DNA of 64,000 bases from Mobula hypostoma. Its lineage: Eukaryota. Numbering within the stretch: position 1 is the first letter of the stretch; each line of letters opens with the position of its first letter. The notes under the pieces are model-generated. The model had not been told where the DNA came from, made no database searches, and worked only from the letters and a program-made list of their open reading frames with translations. The stretch covers positions 120,776,001 to 120,840,000 of the forward strand of contig NC_086105.1 of the NCBI RefSeq assembly GCF_963921235.1. Direction: 5' to 3'. The position numbers and the translations under genes were made by a program. Shown here piece after piece: positions 62,970 through 64,000 of the stretch.

Positions 62970-63610
62970 TCTGTAATGTGAAATCAATGATGCATTTTCC
63001 CAATTCTTCCATTGAAAATTATGCAACTTTCAGCAGAGGCTTTTCAACTGGGCTCTTTGAAATGACTATCTGCTCTTGGATCAGCACCAATTCAAATTAC
63101 TTGGGAACCATATTATCCTATGCCACAGAAGATAATGACAACAAATTGGTACTGCACGGCAGAAATACAAGCAAACAAAGCACTATTCATTTCGTAATTG
63201 GAGATCCAGCATTCAGGGAACTTCCTGTGATTCCACTCTTAGATGGCCGCTGGCATCATGTCTGCATTATATGGTCTTCCTTTGAGGGTAGATACTGGTA
63301 CTATATAGACAGACGTCTGATAGCAGCTGGATCCAAATTTCAAAAAGGATATGAGATTCCAGCTGGTGGAATACTTATAATAGGTCAGGAACAGGATAAA
63401 ATGGGAGGGGGATTTGATAATACTGAGTCCTTTGTGGGAAGTTTGGCTGGATTTACAATTTGGAACCGTGCTTTGTCTCCTGGGGAAATCTCGGGCATTA
63501 CTACAGGAAAGGCATTACCTGGAGGCAGAGTTTTAACTTTCAATGATATTTCCACTCTCAGTGGTGCTATTCAGCATTTTAATTGTACATGCCTAGATGA
63601 TTGTTATTAA
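62970..63610 (+). CDS. PTX4: PTX4 exon 3 (pentraxin domain)
   Basis: CNVKSMMHFPN..TICSW..SYATEDNDNKL..WHHVCIIWSS..GQEQDKMGGGFD..WNRALSPGEI..CTCLDDCY*; acceptor ttacag. Confidence 0.96.
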
Positions 63611-63804
63611 AACCAATGTATTGGATAGGGATTCATTAACAATATACATGCTTTGTGGTCATAGGCAAAGTTTACCATATGGAAATTTAATTGAGTTATT
63701 TAATCCCCCAGCAAACTGATTTACAGCTTAAAATTAATAACTTCAGATATCAAACAGTATTATTTGTCTAACTTTGTGATTATAGTAGGACTATAAACAA
63801 GTAC

Positions 63805-63810
63805 AATAAA
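63805..63810 (+). terminator. Candidate PTX4 polyadenylation signal AATAAA
   Basis: First canonical hexamer about 195 nt after the stop codon. Confidence 0.45.
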
Positions 63811-64000
63811 GAAAACCCTCGTGTGACATTCATTAAAATAAGTTCAACATATTTGTAATGATCTTTACAAAATATAATATAGAAATATTTAAAAGACCAA
63901 TTATGAGGATACTGCAATTTTAATGCCTAAGATAGTCTTGCAGAATCTATTTTTTGTACAATACTCATAATTTATAAATTTAATCATGTCATACTAATTT

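Overview
This is eukaryotic vertebrate DNA. The repeat content (CR1, Rex1/Babar, V-SINE/HE1-type and Penelope families) points to a cartilaginous fish, probably a ray; that assignment is inferred. Three spliced protein-coding genes were rebuilt by hand from splice sites and reading phase. INTS15 (C7orf26) is on the minus strand with three coding exons at 4681-1944, a probable non-coding first exon in a CpG island near 11.6 kb, and the rest of the gene beyond the left edge. ECI1 is complete on the minus strand (7 exons, 40497-17836, 307 aa). PTX4 is complete on the plus strand (3 exons, 56370-63610, 453 aa). The remainder is dense, often nested transposon debris: CR1, Rex1/Babar, RTE, Penelope, a BEL/Pao provirus lacking RT/RNase H, Gypsy remnants, a Tigger4-like element, Tc1/mariner pieces and tRNA-SINEs. 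The most notable signal is a family of tiny Penelope-derived fold-back elements with 12-13 bp target-site duplications. They carry minimal type-I hammerhead ribozyme motifs (AGUC-CUGANGA-A-GGGU-CUCG-GCCC-GAAA-CGUC-GACU). The best-preserved copy is at 41099-41134, just upstream of the ECI1 promoter, which itself has a 3x31-bp Sp1/ETS tandem array.
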